Shown here: piece by piece, positions 62,401 to 64,000 of the stretch
How the letters are laid out: each line of letters starts with the position of its first letter
Numbering within the stretch: the first letter of the stretch is position 1
From: Mobula hypostoma
Taxonomy: Eukaryota
Length of the DNA stretch: 64,000 nt
Assembly: GCF_963921235.1 (NCBI RefSeq)
Contig: NC_086104.1
Location: forward strand, 102,920,001-102,984,000
Direction: 5' to 3'
Program-made: the position numbers and the translations under genes
The notes under the pieces: model-generated
What the model saw: only the letters and a program-made list of their open reading frames with translations
What the model was told of the DNA's origin: nothing
Databases searched by the model: none

Positions 62401-62439
62401 CTCACGCCTAGCCTCTTTAATTTGATTCCCACCCCCCAA
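59407..62439 (-). CDS. CR1 ORF2: APE endonuclease plus reverse transcriptase, intact frame (no AUG until inside the endonuclease)
   Basis: NARSI, GITDTW, YRPP, MGDFN, SDH; QHGF..GKSCLTNL; SGVPQGSVLGP; KFADDT; no stops over 1010 codons. Confidence 0.93.
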   Translation of the reverse strand: MGGGNQIKEARREEVSSQQRDGNQCRETEGCKVSVEAKSTKEKSKSGRPTNPGQALKRATFQHNCTRAKRVVKERLKALCVNARSIRNKVDELKVQIAINDYDIVGITDTWLQGDQGWELNVQGYSIFRRDRHEGRGGGVALLVKKEINAIERKDISREDVESIWVELRNTKGQKTLVGVVYRPPNSSSEVGDGIKQEIRNVCNKGTAVIMGDFNLHVDWVNQIGKGAEEEDFLECMRDGFLNQRVEEPTREQAILDWVLSNEEGLISDLVVRGPLGKSDHNMVEFFIKMESDIINSETKVLNLKRGNFEGMRRELAKIDWQMTLKGLTVDMQWQAFKGCMDELQQLFIPVWQKNKSRKVAHPWLTREIRDSINSKEVAYKLARESGSPEDWEKFRVQQRRTKGLIRKGKKDYERKLAENIKTDCKSFYRYVKRKRLVKSNVGSLLTETGELIMGSKDMADQLNNYFGSVFTKEDINNLPEIVRDRGSSEMEELSEIHVSREVVLGKLKGLKADKSPGPDGLHPRVLKEVAQEIVDALVIIFQNSLDSGLVPEDWRVANITPLFKKGGREKPGNYRLVSLTSVVGKLLESVIKDVITAHLESGEMIGQSQHGFVKGKSCLTNLIEFFEDVTSRVDRGEPVDVVYLDFQKAFDKVPHRRLVCKLKAHGIGGKVLVWVENWLADRKQRVGINGTFSEWQAVTSGVPQGSVLGPQLFTIYINDLDEGIKCSISKFADDTKLGGSVSSEEDAKRMQGDLDRLGEWANSWQMQFNVDKCEVIHFGGKNRKTDYYLNGGRLGKGEVQRDLGVIIHQSLKVGMQVQQAVKKANGMLAFIARGFEYRSREVLLQLYKALVRPHLEYCVQFWSPNLRKDIFAIEGVQRRFTRLIPGMAGLSYEERLDELGLYSLEFRRLMGDLIETYKILKGLDRLDAGRLFPMLGRSRTRGYSLRIEGKPFRTEIRKNFFTQRVVNLWNSPPQQTVEASSLAMFKRELDMALVATGVRGCGGKAGAGF

Positions 62440-62444
62440 CCATT

Positions 62445-62789
62445 CTAGTTTAAAGTCACCTCAGTAGCCCCCGCTAATCTCCCTGCCAGGATATTGGTCC
62501 CCCTAGGATTCAAGTGTAACCCGTCCTTTTTGTACAGGTCACGCCTGCGCCAAAAGAGGTCCCAATGATCCAAAAACTTGAATCCCTGCCCCCTGCTCCA
62601 ATCCCTCAGCCACGCATTTATCCTCCACCTCATCGCATTCCTACTCTCACTGTCGCGTGGCACAGGCAGTAATCCCGAGATTACTACCTTTGCGGTCCTT
62701 TTTCTCAACTCCCTTCCTAGCTCCCTATATTCTCCTTTCAGGACCTCATCCCTTTTCCTACCTATGTCATTGGTACCTATATGTACCAC
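62445..62789 (-). CDS. CR1 ORF1 C-terminal SGNH esterase domain (5'-truncated)
   Basis: HIGTNDI...DGLHLN...TLN*. Confidence 0.88.
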   Translation of the reverse strand: MVHIGTNDIGRKRDEVLKGEYRELGRELRKRTAKVVISGLLPVPRDSESRNAMRWRINAWLRDWSRGQGFKFLDHWDLFWRRRDLYKKDGLHLNPRGTNILAGRLAGATEVTLN

Positions 62790-62807
62790 GACCTCTGGCT
62801 CTTATAG

Positions 62808-63520
62808 TTTGGAATTTGTGCCTATCTTCACATCGTCCACAAACTTGCCCACAGAGCCAATCTATTCCTTCATTCAAATCACTGACATACAACATGAAAA
62901 GAAGTGGTCCCAACATCGACCCCTGCAGCACACCACTACTCACTGGCAACCAGCCAGAAAAGGTTTCCTCTATGCCCACACTTTGAATTCTGCCAGTCAG
63001 CCAATCTTCTATCCATGCTAGTACCTTTCCTGTACTCCCATGTTAGAACTTGTCAAAGGCCTTCTGAAAATCCAAATGCACAACATTCACTGACTCTCCT
63101 TTGTCTATCCTGCCTGTTTTTTCCTCAAAGAATTCCAACAAATATGTCAGGCAAGATTTTCCCTATGCTGATTTTGGCCTATTTTATGATGTCCCTTGTT
63201 ACTAATAGATTCCAACATCTTCCCAACAATTGAAGTCAGACTAACTGGCCTATAATTTCCTTTCTTCTTCCTCCCTCCTGTCTTAAAGAGTAGAATGAAT
63301 TTGCAATTTATCAGTCCTCTGGAACCAGTCCAGAATCAAATCATTCTTGAAAGATCATTACTAATGTCTCCATAATCTCTCCAGCTACCTCTTTCAGAAC
63401 CATGTGTTGTAGTCCATCTGGTCCAGGTGACTTATCAACCTTCAGGCTTTTCAACATTCAAACTTCTGGTATACTGCTAGTGTCTTCCACACTGAAGACA
63501 GATGCAAGGTATGTATTCTG
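62808..63520 (-). mobile_element. Older decayed CR1 ORF2 fragment
   Basis: WLPVSSGVLQGSMLGPLLF; ASVFSVED. Confidence 0.85.
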
Positions 63521-64000
63521 AACTGGAATAATTCTATATCCTGGTTCTAGAATAATTCATCATTCTGTTTCTTCTAATATGAGTCCTAATCCCTTTGTAT
63601 CAGTCTGAATCTCCTCACATAAAGGACTAGTAACAGTTGCGACTATAATGGGTGTGGAATCAGTTGTCGTCGACTCCACCATGGGGTAAGGTATATACGG
63701 AAGATATTGGGGCCGCAGAGCAACTGGGATTGAGATGCCTGGGGCACAGGGTAACCCATGATCTCGTTTCTAATCTGTGTCTACATCAACAGTACCATGA
63801 CATTCACAATGAAGTTGTATTTGAGTTATAAGCCCAATTTTTCCTGAAGCAAGATCCAAAAAAAACATGACTTCTTACCATTATCTTAGTACTCCCATCC
63901 TTTCCCCAGATTACCATTACTCGGCTATGATTATCAACAGATATCAGTCTCATTTAATTTACTAAGTCTTGTCTCAGTTCTTCATAAATTCATACTACCA

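Larger units (their letters stand above)
59308..62801 (-). mobile_element. Young CR1 LINE, 5'-truncated within ORF1
   Basis: (TTTCTATG)n tail; probable TSD TTATAG (59307-59312 and 62802-62807). Confidence 0.95.

Overview
Vertebrate genomic DNA, most likely a cartilaginous fish (ray/shark-type repeat landscape; inference). There are no prokaryotic-type genes or CRISPR arrays. The window is a tandem C2H2 zinc-finger gene cluster built from one repeated module: double NRF1-type CpG promoter, conserved intron, one finger exon, conserved 3' region. It holds two intact finger-only ORFs on the minus strand (17 fingers at 4760-6220, 14 fingers at 38180-39364), three decayed copies and one inverted 5'-half copy. 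The rest is densely nested transposable elements: CR1 LINEs (one with an intact ORF2), Penelope elements and palindromic hammerhead-ribozyme mini-elements, Rex1/Babar, Nimb/I, RTE-derived, HERO/R2-like and hAT fragments, a PNMA-type Gypsy, two different endogenous retroviruses and solo LTRs. Most notable observations: (i) an in-frame U_UUA_AAC slippery heptamer followed by the ORF1 stop in two divergent CR1 families, where ORF2 lies in the -1 frame and has no AUG before the endonuclease; (ii) TSD-flanked ~200-bp palindromic hammerhead elements; (iii) both intact ZNF genes start at a linker-derived ATG five codons after a shared in-frame TGA; (iv) an unusually conserved LINE RNase H tract directly behind two ZNF promoters. 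Coordinates of decayed repeats are approximate because they were read by eye.
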